The notes under the pieces are model-generated. The model saw nothing but the letters and a program-made list of their open reading frames with translations. It was not told the origin of the DNA and searched no databases. The position numbers and the translations under genes were made by a program. From Lama glama (lineage: Eukaryota), in contig CM052828.1 in assembly GCA_028534125.1 (NCBI GenBank), forward strand, positions 54,374,001-54,438,000: a stretch of 64,000 nt of DNA, given 5' to 3'. This document shows positions 14,025-27,560 of the stretch, in pieces (position 1 is the first letter of the stretch; the number at the start of each line of letters is the position of its first letter).

Positions 14025-14583
14025 TTTTCTTATAAATTTCACCTTTACTGAGGTATAATTGACAAAAAATTGTAAGATATATAAAATGTACAGTGAAATA
14101 ATTAGACACGCGTATATTGTGAAAGGATCCTCCATCTTGGTAATTAACACACGCATCGCCTCACGTGTTTATCTTTGCATGTGTGTGAGAGCATTTAAGT
14201 TCTAGTCTCTTCCCAGATTTCAATTATATAATACAGTGTCATCAACTATAGTCACCATATTATATAAGAGATCCTCAGACCTTATCCATCTTACAGCTGA
14301 GTGTCTGTGCCCTTTTACCAACCTCCCCTTGTTCCCCTTCCCCACCAGCCCCTGGCAACAAGGACCTGTGCTCTGACTTTTTTCTTTTAAGATTCCACAT
14401 GTAAGTGATACCATGCAGTCTGTCTTTGTCTGGCTTCTTTCACTTAGCATAATGCCCTCAGCATCCACCCACACTGTCACAAACGGCAGGATTCCCTTCC
14501 CTGTCAGGGCTGAACACTATTTCACCTTCTTTATTCCTTTACGTTGTTGAACATTTTCGTTGTTCCCACCTCTTGGCTATTGT
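14025..14583 (-). mobile_element. L1 3' end, L1MA9-like (end of ORF2 plus 3'UTR)
   Basis: ctttactgaggtataattgaca...gattccacatgtaagtgataccatgcagt...cttttcacttagcataatgccctc. The minus-frame peptide VWVDAEGIMLSERSQT..CMVSLTCGILK resembles the L1 ORF2p C-terminus. Confidence 0.9.
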
Positions 14584-14811
14584 TTGCTTTCCCACTCCCA
14601 GCAAACAGTGTGAAAGTACAAACATAAATGATCAAACTTCTAGAAAATCTCTACAAAATAGACGGCAGGATTGGTGGGTAGCAGGGGGAAGCCACAACAG
14701 AAGCTGACCAAATATGTATTGGGAGGTGATTTATCAAGAGGAAACACATCACATTAGCAGGCAGAGCAAATTTGATTTCAGCATTTGCTTTTTAATGTTA
14801 TGCACTGCTTC

Positions 14812-15053
14812 GAAATTGGGAGTTTGAGATTTGCAGATACTAACATATACAAAATAGATAAACAAGTTTATACTGTATAGCACAGGGAACTGTATTCAAT
14901 ATCTTGTAGTAATTTATGGTGAAAAAGAATCTGAAAACAAATATATTTATGTTCATGTATGACTGAAGCATTGTGCTGTCCACCAGAAATTGATACATTG
15001 TAAACTGACTATACTTCAATAAAAATATATATATATTAAAAAAAGAAAACAAA
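14812..15053 (+). mobile_element. 5'-truncated cetartiodactyl/camelid L1 3' end with A-rich tail
   Basis: ttgggagtttgagatttgcagatactaac...tactgtatagcacagggaactgtattcaatatcttgtagtaa...gtaaactgactatacttcAATAAAaa followed by an A-rich tail. Confidence 0.9.
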
Positions 15054-15148
15054 TTGTAATCCATTTCATGTTTAAACTTTATGACCTGACCAAAGAAAAT
15101 GAAGATTATCAACCCTGAGGATACACTAAAGCAATTGTTATGAATTGC

Positions 15149-15151
<3 letters not shown>

Positions 15152-15191
<40 letters not shown>
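15152..15191. repeat. (GT)20 microsatellite
   Basis: Perfect dinucleotide run. Confidence 0.98.
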
Positions 15192-15192
<1 letters not shown>

Positions 15193-15552
15193 CAAAATCA
15201 ATAGAAACATGGATGCTTAAAGTTGGTGAGGAAAGAATATCTTGGAAATTGGGAGTCTTTAAAAGAAAAACAAAATCTTTCATTGTCATGAGGTTGTTTC
15301 AAAAAGCAATTTTTTGTTCAGAGACACAAAATTATACGGAAAGGTTGGAATAAGAAAATGCATATGTTTATCAGTAGATGGTAAGTTTTTTTAAAAAAAA
15401 TTATACATGTATCTACTAAAGGCATTTCCTTTCCTTAGATAAGCTCTGGTCTGAAATTTCTTCCCTTTTTATCTCCTCTCAGTGCTTTGGAAGGATTGGT
15501 TGATTGACTGATTGATTGTCAGATTTGGTTAAGGACCTCTGCATTGTCATGC

Positions 15553-15585
15553 AAAAAAAAAAGAAGAAGAAGAAGAAAAGAAAAA
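15553..15585. repeat. A10-(GAA)5 purine simple repeat
   Basis: aaaaaaaaaagaagaagaagaagaaaagaaaaa. Confidence 0.9.
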
Positions 15586-17097
15586 CTAAAACAAAACCTG
15601 ACTTGAATGGCTGTTTTTTTAATCAGAAGAAAACAAACAAATCCCAGTCTCCATGTATCTTTCACCTTTTCCCCTTGAGTAACAATAAAAATAAAACATT
15701 TTAAGAGCATGCAGTGGGCTATATAGTTCCACACTGATGTTCTGCTATGATGTAAATCCAGCAAATAAGGGGGTAAAAATTAGTGTTTTAATTAAGGATG
15801 CATGCGCTAGAAAAGCTCTGGGAAGTTTTCTGGATTTTTATCTCAGCCTGTGATCTGAAAAATTTCCTGTGATAAAATAATTTGACCTTAGAATAATTAT
15901 TATGTTGATCCATAAACAGCTGACTTTATCGACAGTTTATTGTAACTCGTGTCAATTTGTCTAGAAAATAATAGGTGAGGAAAAAATCTGAATAACTGAA
16001 AAATTTGAATAACTTTCTACATCTTGATGTCTGACTGGGGAGGAAATGGTGGCCACAACTGAATATGCCTTGATTAGTTGATGAAAAATTATGATGCCTT
16101 AAATTTTTTCAGACATAACCTTTTTTCTTTCATCTAGGTCTTCACAACTAAGCTTTCAACAAGCTAGAAATGCCAATTATTTTTCACATTCTAATATGGA
16201 AAGAATCTTGAAATAAAATAGCAAAAAAATGTCACTTAAAGCGTTTCTGACTGATGTTTCTTTCAAGAAGTCATGGCGTTCTTAGACCTCTTTTTTTCTC
16301 TTTAAGCTTTTTAAAAATTGTCATTAATACTGAGATTTAAAACCATTCCTAAAGGTCGTATTTCTATAAATTAAGCTACCATACGAGACATGCAGATCAC
16401 ATAATGTAGTTTAATACTCTGATCACTGAAAACTTACAAAGGTCCCATTTATTTGGCCTACACAAGTAATAGCAAATGCTGTGTTTTTCAATGATATATT
16501 ATCAAATACAGGTGGGCCAAAATGGAAAATAAATCAAAATATTAAACTATATATGTCTTAACCATAGGAAGCCACACTCAAATGGCGTTATATGTGAATC
16601 CCGGAGATTTACAGACTTTAAAGCTCGAAACCCAGCCTTAGGTCATAATCTCCAAGTATCGCATCACATTAAGGACTGAACCCTTATTCGCACCTGTTCA
16701 CTGAATATGGTATTTGTCTAAATAGTGGAGAGTAAAATCTTACCCACCACATATGATTGAGCAACGGGATGGCGATCTCTGGGAAAGGGTGAGTTTAAAA
16801 TCAAGTTTCTTCTCAATCAAATTGCTCAAAGTGTAGGTTAGTCTAATTTTATTTTATGATTTATTTACATAAATAAAACTCATTCTTAAAAAAACACAAC
16901 TGAATATGCCTATGGGCCAATGAACAATCTTACAATGAACAGGCTAATAATCCAAATTTTAAATCATATGCACCTTGCAAGCTGTCATTTTAAGTTTTAC
17001 GTGGGAACATAGGTTGTGTTCCTGTGTTTATGGGAGGGCTGTTTGGATAAATAACTGCCCGTGTTAATAACTGAAATATGGCATTAAGTAGAAAGGG

Positions 17098-17102
<5 letters not shown>

Positions 17103-17138
<36 letters not shown>
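17103..17138. repeat. (TG)18 microsatellite
   Basis: Perfect dinucleotide run. Confidence 0.98.
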
Positions 17139-17140
<2 letters not shown>

Positions 17141-20100
17141 GCCCTTATGACTGTGTGGGTCGAAGTAAAGAGAAAGTCAGCATAACAAATGATCTTGGCA
17201 CAACATTTTAAAATTTTGAGCTGACTTCAATTTTGAAGTGTTTCCTAGTTACAGTATTTTATTATTAGGCAGAGGTATAGTTAAGTAGAGCATTAATCAC
17301 TTGGCAATGAGTTGATCTGAGGCAAAGACTATCTTGTACAGATACGGTAAATACAAAATATTTGCTGAATATGAAAGACATCCGGTAAATTTTTAATGCA
17401 GTTTGAGTGTACAGAATTTGTACACATCAGTTATATCTCAGTGTTCAGCTTTTTCTTTAACTAAAGTCCATTTGGGGATGGAAGGTTTTTTCTTTCCCTG
17501 TCTGATCTTTCTCATTTCACATTCAAAGCTGTTGCCTCTGATATCCCTTTTGTCTTTCAAATCTGAAGTTTCTTAGGATATAAGAGCCCAAAGGATAGAG
17601 AAGTCACATCAATGCCTTGGTGTGACACTGATGTGATGTCTCGTAAGCCTTCCTTCACTCCTTTCCAAAGTCAGCTGTTGTTTTCTTGATAAGCAGAGGG
17701 GTGCCTGCAAGCAGTGAGGGCAAGTGCACTGCGGAGGCGATTTGCCCCAGCAAAGATTCTCTTTTCATAGTTTGCTGCTAGAAAAAAAAAGATCTAGAGG
17801 AGAGAAACATGGCTTTATGTCAATTTGAATAATGTCTGGCACTGATTAAAACACTGAGCAGTCAAATGTTTTAGGGGAAATGAATAAATATATAGTGTAT
17901 GTAGTTTTCTGCAACAGTCATTACTTTTTCTCATTATCCCAGATTCAGACTTTTGATTCTGTTCTACCTGGAAGACCACTTCCCACTCCTTTCTCAAAGT
18001 GACACATTCTTAGGATACCAGGAAGACAACCCAAAGCAAGGAGGAATATGATATAATAAAACACTAGAAAACAAGCCTTTATAAAAATGCTTAAAGAGAG
18101 TATTTCAAGGGGAAGAACACATCTAAAAATGGTCTTTGGAATCGTCAATTGTAATCATTTCACAGAAGGTACGACGGGAATTACACGGTAACGGAGAGAG
18201 AAGCCTGTGTGCGGGTAATGTCAGCCTTAGGAGTGAATACAGGCAAGTGCACTGCCTTTTAGGTAAACTTCAGTAGACCACATGGCTATTTTTTCAGGAT
18301 GTTCTCTGCCTAGTCCTCCATAGAGACATTGAAACAGTGCCATGATATAATAGGCTTTTATTCTCATGAATTCAGATTTTAGAGTTTGTAGATACAAAGA
18401 GTCTCGTGAATTAAAACTCAGTGTCACAAAAATCATCATGGGCTGCATGTCAGCTGAAGATTTCTTTGACTTTCCCTTAGGACTAGCTTCTCCTTTACTA
18501 TTAAATGGTTTTAAAAATAGTTTATAATTCAAAGACTATTTCCCATCTTCAAAAATGATTTAGGAACATAAAATATAAAAACTAATGAGACTTGATACCT
18601 ATTCTTCAAACTTAACTGATGAATATAATAATCATAATTTATGTATGTAACAATGTGATAATGTGTGTGTATAGTAATGATAATGCATATTATAATAATC
18701 ATAAAATATATCCAAACCTAAAGACACGTATCTGACTATTGTTTGCATTAGTATAAAAAATCTGGCCCTCAATCATCCCTCAGTTAGGATAGTAACTGAT
18801 CATAATACTTAACCTTGACCGTAATACAAAAAATGCTTCCATCTGTAAAACAGATATCTACTTCACCAAAATGAAATCAGATTTTTTATCAATGATCTCT
18901 GTGCTCTGCGTGTTTGTGCACTTCCAGCCAACAGCTTTTGGTGAAGTAGATGGCAAGACGACTTGACGAAGTGCAGCTCAGCTGTATCGTAAGCGTCTAC
19001 CTCCTAGAGAGCTTTGGATCTAGAGCTGGCGCCTTATTAGGGTGTCTCTTACAACCATAATCAAAAGACAGGGCATTCTGAAGCTTCACAAATGTTTACT
19101 TACTGATGAAACTGCTGCTGGAAGAGCCCAGGAATGATTTATGTCTGGTAATCCATTCTGAATGAAGAATGTAAGGTTTTAAGGTTGGTGCAGTTAAAAA
19201 GCTGCAAATAGTGGCTAATGAGCAAGAAATATGCTTTACCTTGTTCTCCTTCACAGAGCTTAGTACTGTGCTTCGTATCTCGTAGGTACGATAAATGTTT
19301 ATGGAATGAATGAAATAAATTAAGGAACAAAGATGTACAAAAATAAATAGTAATTAGCAAGTCATAGCTCAAATGATTTTCAGTATAATTAATTACATAA
19401 AAGAACACCGTTTCCCGGGACTTACGCATATCTGTGACTCTACTGACTGTCTGTCTCACCCCTATTCCTCCTCTTTTTTCCTGTTCTTCCACATTTCTCT
19501 CTTTCTGTGCTTTTTTACTTATAACATTTCTCCCTTAATCATTATTTGGAAACCAAGTGATGTGTTTTTAATCGAATAAAAAATTTGTAATCTCATGCTT
19601 AATTTTATAAAGCTCTTAATTTATTATTTTCTATATCTTAAAATTACAACAAGAAATTTAGTTAAGATTCCTTAATAAATTATTTAAAAAATTGTCTCCA
19701 CCCCAGATGAAGAGTATGATAAATCAGCTTTTGCTAACAGAAAGTATGAACTATTAGTAATAAAAATGTGGTTTGAGGCTCTAATTTGCCATCACTCTTT
19801 TTTGTCAGAAGGCATGACGCTGCAATATACCTACTATTACCTGGAAATACCTACTGTGAGGTTGGTGTCTAAACAGATAAGATATGACGCTAATTTATTC
19901 CTTTAGAAATTTTTCCAGGTAAAATTTTTGAGTATATGAGCTGGATGAAGTTGGCAATGTCTGGATATCAAACAGGAAAACCCAAAGCTTATGCTACTTT
20001 TTCATAGTTCACTATTAATATAGGGAAAACACATTCATAAAATATAGTAATTCAGGGCACAATGTAATTCACAATTTCTTTTTTCCCCTGTATCACAGGA

Positions 20101-20984
20101 AAATTATATTTTGGTCCTCGCTACAATTCTTGGATACTCTGCTATTAACTCATCTTACGCTCTCCCACTCTAATTAGTTACCAGAATGCAGACAAAATTT
20201 GTGTGCAGTTTTAAAGCCCTCTGGAGTTCTTGATTTCTGATCGATTGGAGAATTGATCCCACGCTATTTCACTCGAGCATATGTCCTGTATTAAAAGTGT
20301 GACAGTGATGCCTGTATTTTCACAATTCAGGCAAATCTTTTCACCTATTTTATATATTTACAGTGAAGTAATATGTCAAACTGAATTGATGAAAATGTAT
20401 ATAGTTGGAAAAAAATACTTCATATAGAAAAAGAGCTCAGTTTACACTCCAGGTTTTTATTTTTGTTTTCAGAAATCATGATTAAAAATATTTAGCCGTG
20501 TGCCTCTTTACACTGGCCAATAATCACCACAGCAGTCATTAGCCTCGCATCATATCTATAGATGTCATCACACACACACCTGGCTGTCCCAGGTGCAGGA
20601 TCTGAAGAGCTTATCATAAAATCTAAAAATAGCAAAACTCACAATAATGAAAAAAACCAACCTTATCTGTCCTCTCTAATTCACAATTTATCAATTATCC
20701 TACCAATGAGTGCAGAGGGTTGACACCAGTCAAGATGACCCAAACTAGCAAAGTCAAACAGGTAAAGGGACTTATAAAAAAGCAGCAACTGCTCAGAACA
20801 ATTTTGCACCCTGGATCTAGGGTAAAAGATTCATTCAAGGTGCATGATAAGACTAAAGGATTTTAATATAACGGAGCATGAAAAGTTCATCGAGAGTCTA
20901 GGACTCTTACACTAAGTGAAATTAACACTTGGCTAAATGGGTCATGGTGTTATTGATCCAACACACAAGGCTGACTATCCAATA

Positions 20985-21125
20985 CACTCATTGAGTCCTC
21001 ACACTAGTCCTGTATGGTGTTTCATTATGATTCAAAATTTGTAGAGGAAGAAGCTCCCTAAGGTCACACAACTAGTCAATTAGCTAGTGAATTGGTAGAA
21101 TTTACATTTGAACGGAGAGCTTGAC
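20985..21125 (-). mobile_element. MIR fragment
   Basis: ctcattgagtcctcacactagtcctgt...ccctaaggtcacacaactagt...atttgaac matches reverse MIR. Confidence 0.55.
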
Positions 21126-21371
21126 CTCTCACCTAATTTAGATTTTGTAAGCTTCCTGAAAACATAATCTACATCTTAATCACTTTTGTATTCCTACAGT
21201 ATTTACATTGTATAATAGGCATTTGGTCGTTGTACACAATCAGACGTAACTTCAAAAATCCCACTTCATCATTACCTTCCAAATGTACACATTATAATAG
21301 TCACAACTCTGTCCTTCTCAAAATTCATCTCAAGTGAACACGCCATAGTTCACTTTACATGCTGTTCATTA

Positions 21372-21867
21372 TGTGAATGAAAAATACTGCAACCATATCA
21401 GTAAACAAAGAATGATGAAGCCATCAAGTCATCAGTGGCTGCTGCCACCCCTCAGTGAAGACAAGCCTGCAGCCCAGCCTCTGCAGCCACTCACAATGGT
21501 GCACCCTGAGGGGACTCAGAATAAGAAAGGACAGGCTACCGGCCCTAGATAGCTAGGTGCTTGTCAAAGGAATGAATTCAATGAGCCCAAATGTTTGCTC
21601 CCTCCCATACAAAGAAAAGCACTAAATTCTTTAACTTGAGATGTCTGGTTTTCTTCAGTTAACAAGTAATCTTTTAAGGTTCCAACTACCTGGTCTTTGT
21701 TGTAAAGCTCCTATATGTCATAGCTCCTCCCCTACCGCTTTGGAGCAGTCCCTCAGAGCCATCTGAGAGGCTGTCATCCCAGGCTTGAAGGGATTGAGTC
21801 CTCAGAAATGCCCGCCAAATAAAACATAACTCCCAACTTTTAGGCTGTGCATTTACTTCAGTCGACA
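21372..21867 (+). mobile_element. Solo endogenous retrovirus LTR (ERV1 class, MER41-related cetartiodactyl type), about 496 bp
   Basis: TG...CA termini with imperfect inverted ends (tgtgaatgaa / ttcagtcgaca), TATA-like tatatg at 21712, AATAAA at 21818-21823, and a characteristic 3' end aaataaaacataactcccaacttttaggctgtgcatttacttcagtcgaca. No clean TSD seen. Confidence 0.8.
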
Positions 21868-22288
21868 CTTGCATTAGATGCAGCGCACTCACTGGGCAGC
21901 CTAGCAACACCGATGTCCACATCATCCCTGCTGTGCCCGGTGGTTTAGCAATCCCCTCCTGTCTCCTTAGCAGGCGTCTGTCCCCGTGACTTCAGCCTCT
22001 CTCATCCTAGCTCTGTTCACCTCTGTCTCGCAGCATCCTCTTCGCATTATCCCAAATCTGCTCAGCTGTTGTGGATATCACTAACCAGCCCTCAAAGGGG
22101 GGTCTTTCTTCAGGCTGGTTCACTGTTCGTTCCTACAGGCACAGATGCTTATTGTATAGATTCTAAAATGCACTGTTCTCAAATTACTTCTGACTTTCTT
22201 GGATTTTCAGAGAAATCTCTGAACCCTGTCCTTTCCATGATGGGGAGCTGATAAGCAAACATGGAAGAGCCTCGACCATCGTCTAAAA

Positions 22289-22375
22289 GTGTGACCTTGG
22301 GCCTGACACTTCATTTCTATGAGCCTCGCTTTTTCATCCATAAAATGAAAGGACTGGCCTAAATATTTAAGTTTA
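22289..22375 (+). mobile_element. MIR/MIR3 core fragment
   Basis: gtgtgaccttgggcc...tctatgagcctcgctttttcatccataaaatga. Confidence 0.7.
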
Positions 22376-23029
22376 TCTTTTAGTCTGAAATTTGAAGGTC
22401 TCTAACAAGTAATTTTGTTAATGTTCGAATTACACAGTGAAAGATGAGCAAGTAAACTCGTTATTTAATTTCCTAAATTGAAGGATGATAGGAAAAAGGG
22501 TCCTGGAGACTGTGAGATCTGGTACCAAAGGATTTATCATTAACCAGTTATATGACTGCTAAACCACTTCAACTTTATCTAAGGTCCCTCATCTACAGTA
22601 AAAGAGATTAAAAGACACTCTACTTCCCCAGGAGGGTTGTTCTCTGGAAAAGATGTGATAGTATTCTGAATTATTTAACATTGTTACATGATTGGAAACC
22701 ATTTTATTACTCAAATCAGCATCAGTTAATTGCTGAATTTCAGATCTTGGAGACATTCTAGGGAAGATGCTCTTAGTCTGGGGACCACAGACTCCCAAGC
22801 AGTTAGTAAACAGGGCACGGAGGATTTGCAAACTAAAATGGGAAATAATGCATCTTCATTTTCATTAGCCTTTTATTGGACTTTTAACATTTTCTTCCAC
22901 TTATGTGCCCATAAGCAGTGAACCACAGTGGTATTATCAATACCTAACATTTTGTTACCTACAGAAATTATAGGTATTTATATTTTGTAAGTAGTTGCAG
23001 GGATCTCAAAATCTTTATGCTCATCACTA

Positions 23030-23245
23030 TTCAGATTTGCCCCTGTGTCTTATTCAATATGTGAATTTGAAAAATACATACATCACTATATCATTTTTTA
23101 TATTTTGAATAATGTGTTTCAATATAATCACTTTCCTTAGCAATCTATGGATCTTTTTTCTGTGCATTTCAAAATGCTTTTCTTAGAAGGGGCCCAAAGT
23201 CTTCAATAGACTGCCAAAGGGGAGAGGTCCACGGCAAAAACATTT
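23030..23245. mobile_element. hAT-Charlie non-autonomous DNA transposon relic
   Basis: ttcaatataatcactttcc...tgcatttcaaaatgcttttcttagaaggggcccaaagtcttcaatagactgccaaagggg...tccacggcaaaaa resembles a Charlie-family terminus. Confidence 0.6.
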
Positions 23246-23869
23246 CTAGTTTACAGGTGAAGACAGGTGTGGTACCGTCTTCACGGTGGTACATACAGAC
23301 AGCAGCAGAACCTGTACCCAGATCTCCTGAATGTTAGACCAGCATCCTTTCTCCCATGCCACGCTTTCCCTCTAAGTCGCCATTACAACGCCCTTGGCAT
23401 TTGAACCTTAAACACTGTTTGGCCATGAAACAGAAAATTCCCAATTGACTTGGCATAAACTGTTCTAGAAACTGATATATTTAAAATTAAAATAAAGGTT
23501 TCAGGTGTTTGAGGTACATTACCACTAATGGAAAAGTGTATGTAGGTAAGCTGTTCCTTCAAAACTCTATCTTCAGAGCCACTTGTTCCTAAAACAATCT
23601 TAACAGCAGGGCTTTGATGAGGAATCAGGGGAACTAAGATGATTGATGATCACTGGGCTTAATTTAAAGGGCCACTGAGAGCATTACAAGCAACAACATG
23701 TATTTTAAAGGTCAGAGGACCTGAATACTGACACAGCTACAGAATCTACATCAAACAAGTTCTTCCTGTATTGTTAGCTGGTGGAGGAAATGATGAATGT
23801 TTCTGTTATTTATAATGCTAGTCAAGTAATCCTTACAGACCAAGAAAGAGGAGAGACAACTAAAATCGT

Positions 23870-24022
23870 CCTACAAAAGCATGGTCCCCCGAATCCAGGT
23901 CCGATGAGCATCATCTGGGAGCTGGTAAATGCAGAGTCTCAGTTCCCACCCCAGAACCACTGACCCAGAATTGCATTTTAGCAAGATCCCCAGGTGAGTT
24001 GTGTGCACATTAAGAAACATTG
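23870..24022. mobile_element. MER5A (hAT-Charlie MITE)
   Basis: agcatcatctgggagctggtaaatgcagagtctcag...cccaccccag...tgcattttagcaagatccccaggtga...tgcacattaa. Confidence 0.85.
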
Positions 24023-24110
24023 TCCGAAGAACTGGAGCTGAAAAAACAATGTAAAATGGACCTATGCAAAAGCATAGTTTTGAGAACTTAAAAAATAACG
24101 TATCTGCACC

Positions 24111-24598
24111 ATTTTTAACATCTTTATTAAAACAGAATTTATATACCATAAAATTTACCCATTAAGGATGTAGTCCACTGAGTTTTAGTAAATTTAAATA
24201 ATCATGCCATCAAAACTACAATTTAGTTTTAGAACACTTCCATGATCCCTGTAAGTTCCTCGGGTCTCTTTACAATCAACCCTCTCTTCTATTCCTGCCC
24301 CTAGATAACTAGTGATCTGCTTGTGGTGGCTATAATTTTGTCTTTTGCAGAAATCTCATATAAATGGAATCATAATGAGGGGTGTTTTGCTCTGACTTCT
24401 TTCACTTAGCCTGATGTTTTTGAGGTTGACTTAAGGGAATCAGAAATATGTTTCTTTTTACTGTTCAATATCATTCGCTGTATGGATATCTTGCATTTTG
24501 CTTGTCCATTCACCAGTTGATGGATGTTTGGGTTGTTTCCAGTTTGGCACTGACTATGAATAATAATACAATGAACTTTTGCACATAAGTCTTTGTGT
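24111..24598 (-). mobile_element. Old L1 3' end (L1MB-like)
   Basis: tttttaacatctttattaaa...ccataaaatttacccatt...tcatataaatggaatcata...cttctttcacttagc...ccattcaccagttgatggatgtttgggttgtttccagttt. Confidence 0.85.
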
Positions 24599-27439
24599 CT
24601 CCAAAATGGCTTTGATGACTATCAGTCAGCAATCTGATTTACAAGTAATGAACAAGTTAAAAAAAAAACAAAACAAAACTAAATAGACGTATGAGTCTCC
24701 TTGACAGTTACCCGTTATTCTTACAATAACAATTTGTACCAACAAAGTGGGGCTCTCCTAACATGAAGAGGGAGCCCAGGATGTCAAGTAAAGGAAGGAA
24801 GGGGTTAGTGTGTAACCCTACAAGAGGGTTAGAGGAAGGCTGACTTCGCTACTGGGTCTGGATACTGATATTTGGGCTGGTGGAAAGCAGGCAAAAGTGG
24901 GAGTCTATATTAAGCAACCACGTTTATGGAAAAGTCCAATAATAGGATTGTGATGAGGAGGTACAAGTGTAGAGTGAATCATGAGTCTCGGAAACAAATG
25001 GCAGTAAAGGAAAAGTACTCAGGAGGTCATTTTAAGACGAAAGGTAGGTTTACTAAGTGTGTCCAAGTCTGAGGTCTTTGAAGAATGCTCATTACTTGAA
25101 AAATATGGCACCCCAGAAGGCTAATCACAGAGAATCACCATCAGCTCAGAGATTCCCACCTGGAATTCTTCTGTGACACTCCAGCTACTAGGGATGTGAC
25201 TCAAGGTAATTGAGGCTGCCCTTAACCTTGTATTTTAAGAAGCACTGGAGACAAGGGAAGAGCAGACTGGAGATGCAAAAGCAGATGAATGAAGCCAAAT
25301 GAGGGCTATCACATTGCTAATCCTCTCCCCTCGTTGACTGACCAAGGATGTGTTTGGCTGCTAGGCAGCTCGCCCAAGATATGAACCAGTTGCAGCTGGA
25401 GGAAGAGGACAATGTAGCCATTGGGGTAACACTCCCTTACGCAGATTTCTCCTAAGCACTTTTCCAAGAAAAAAGGTGTGAACTAGGTGAGAGCTGGGAT
25501 GAAGGGTTGCCATGTACCTGAGTATGCAGAATTCAAGGATGGCTTGAGAAGGAAACTAAGGAGTGTCGTGCTGACAGGTGGGTGGTGGGTCATTAAATAG
25601 AGCAGGGGAAGCTCTCTTAGCCACAGAGAAGAACAATTGCTTAAATTTAACACAGATGAATTCAAATCCTGATTATTCTGGCATTAGTGTGAGGGCTAGA
25701 AAAAGGTTGGCCTACTTTTACCTGAAATCTAAAGGCAGATTTAAGGAGTTTTGTTTAATGTTTACCTCTTTGACTTTTGGAAGTTTTTTGCTCTCCCTCC
25801 CCTACCTAACATAGCAAAAAAAAAGGGGGGGGGATTAAAAATCCATCAAGAAGTGAAATGATATAATTGTCTAACAAGTAATATAGTATCAATTTATGCC
25901 CTAAGTTATAATCACCTGGGTCACCATTTTGATATGTCATTTATGAAAACAGAACTATATAGAAAGCCCTACAGCCACAGAGAGTTGAAAAAAAATTACA
26001 GAGCATGAACAGTACTTTAGTTTGATTGAATTAGAAAAAATTCAGCTTATCTCAGCATGATTTTTGCATATTTTAATAAAGAAAAATATACTATCTTTGT
26101 ACTTCATTAACTTTCTTGTACCCTCATGCATTAAATGTTATTCTATTGTATAGATGTCTCATTACAAAACTTTCAGTTAAAACAGGGAAATCTAATGTAT
26201 TACTTATAATTATTATTTTTATCAGAAAATAAAAATCATACATATTCACACACAGAAAGTATATTTTAAAATTTTATCTTTATTCCTACAACATGAAGAC
26301 AATCACTGTTAACAATGGGGAAAATGTCTCCATTGCAATGTGAAGTATAATTGTTACTTTGGCAAGCTCAACTTCTTTATCAGTTCTGACTAAATGAGCA
26401 GGTTTTAAAAATTATGCAAAATCATTTTACCTTCTTTCAAAGAAACATGTGTAAGGTCACATCTCTCACCTGCTTCCTCCTCTCATCCTTAAAGAATTTT
26501 GTAAAAGGATGACCAGAGCATTCCTCTTCAGTTGTTCTAAGAACTTTAAGTGGCCATTTCCAAATATGCACACGAGTTAATCTCTGGTTATAATTTTCTC
26601 TCAGGATCATGGGCCTGGTTTCTCAGTGCGTACCTGGAATACTGGCCATTTTCAGGCCACAGTCATTTCATTTAATAATCTAGCTTCCAACCCCCACTCC
26701 CTCACCTCATTTTTCTGGCTCCCTCCTTTAATTGATGGAGGTGAAGTTTTTCTTCCAACAAATAAATTAACAAAAGAAGCTTTGAAGTGTCTGAAACATA
26801 AATGAAAGAATATTAAATAAACCTTAAAGATGAACTATTCTCTTAAATGTAAACACTGATTAATTATTTGGGACTTTTCTACATTTAAAAATATGACACA
26901 TTATTCAAAAGAGCAAGGCACAGACAAGCTATGTGCTTTCCTTCTGTCCGTTATAGCCTCAGGGACACAATTTCATCATTACTAATGCTATTACTTGGTT
27001 TGGCACTTTCTTCTTTGAAGACGCACTTAATCTTTTATTTTTCATTTTAATTCATTTTTTCTCTCTTACTAGCAAGGAACTGGAGAAATAAGAGGTTAAA
27101 TTTAGCCTCTGAAGGTCTGAGTAAGGATGCTCTATTAAGTTACACTGCCTGCCTTTCTTCCTGTAACCTTAATCAGCATCCTGGATGCCATCAGGACCCA
27201 GCTGCTGCCTGAGCATGAGTTTATATGAAACAGAGAAAAGAGTGCAGTTGCCTAGCAAACATAGTATCCTGAGAAACATCTTTACTCTTTGGTCTCATAG
27301 ATGTCAGCTATGGTCTTGGTGATCAAAAGAATAAAAAAGAGAACCAGAGACTAAAAATTAGTTACTATGCACAAATGTATAGAATACAGATGATCTAAAC
27401 AACTTGTAGGTCAATCTCCTCGTCTTCATTCCGTTACGC

Positions 27440-27560
27440 ATTCAATCACTCAGTCAAGACGCTCTGATTAAGTGCTTACTATACACCAGGAACTGTAGGC
27501 AAGGCTCTTGCAAAGTCAAAGTGATGAAGAGATGAACCATGACTTGAAGATGCTCTTGTT
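27440..27560 (-). mobile_element. L2 3' end fragment
   Basis: cattcaatcactcagtcaa...attaagtgcttactatacaccaggaactgt. Confidence 0.55.

Noticed and set aside
14220-14480. ORF resembling the L1 ORF2p C-terminus
   Set aside because: It is a degenerate remnant of a truncated L1, not an independent gene.
14840-15353. ORFs with HTHT/CVCV repeats (also near 30154, 55672, 62007)
   Set aside because: They are translations of (CA)n/(GT)n microsatellites.
15553-15585. (GAA)5 repeat in FGF14 as an orthologue of the SCA27B GAA expansion locus
   Set aside because: The human pathogenic repeat is in FGF14 intron 1, far upstream of this exon. This short tract lies in the intron after the 104-bp core exon and looks like an ordinary decayed A-run.
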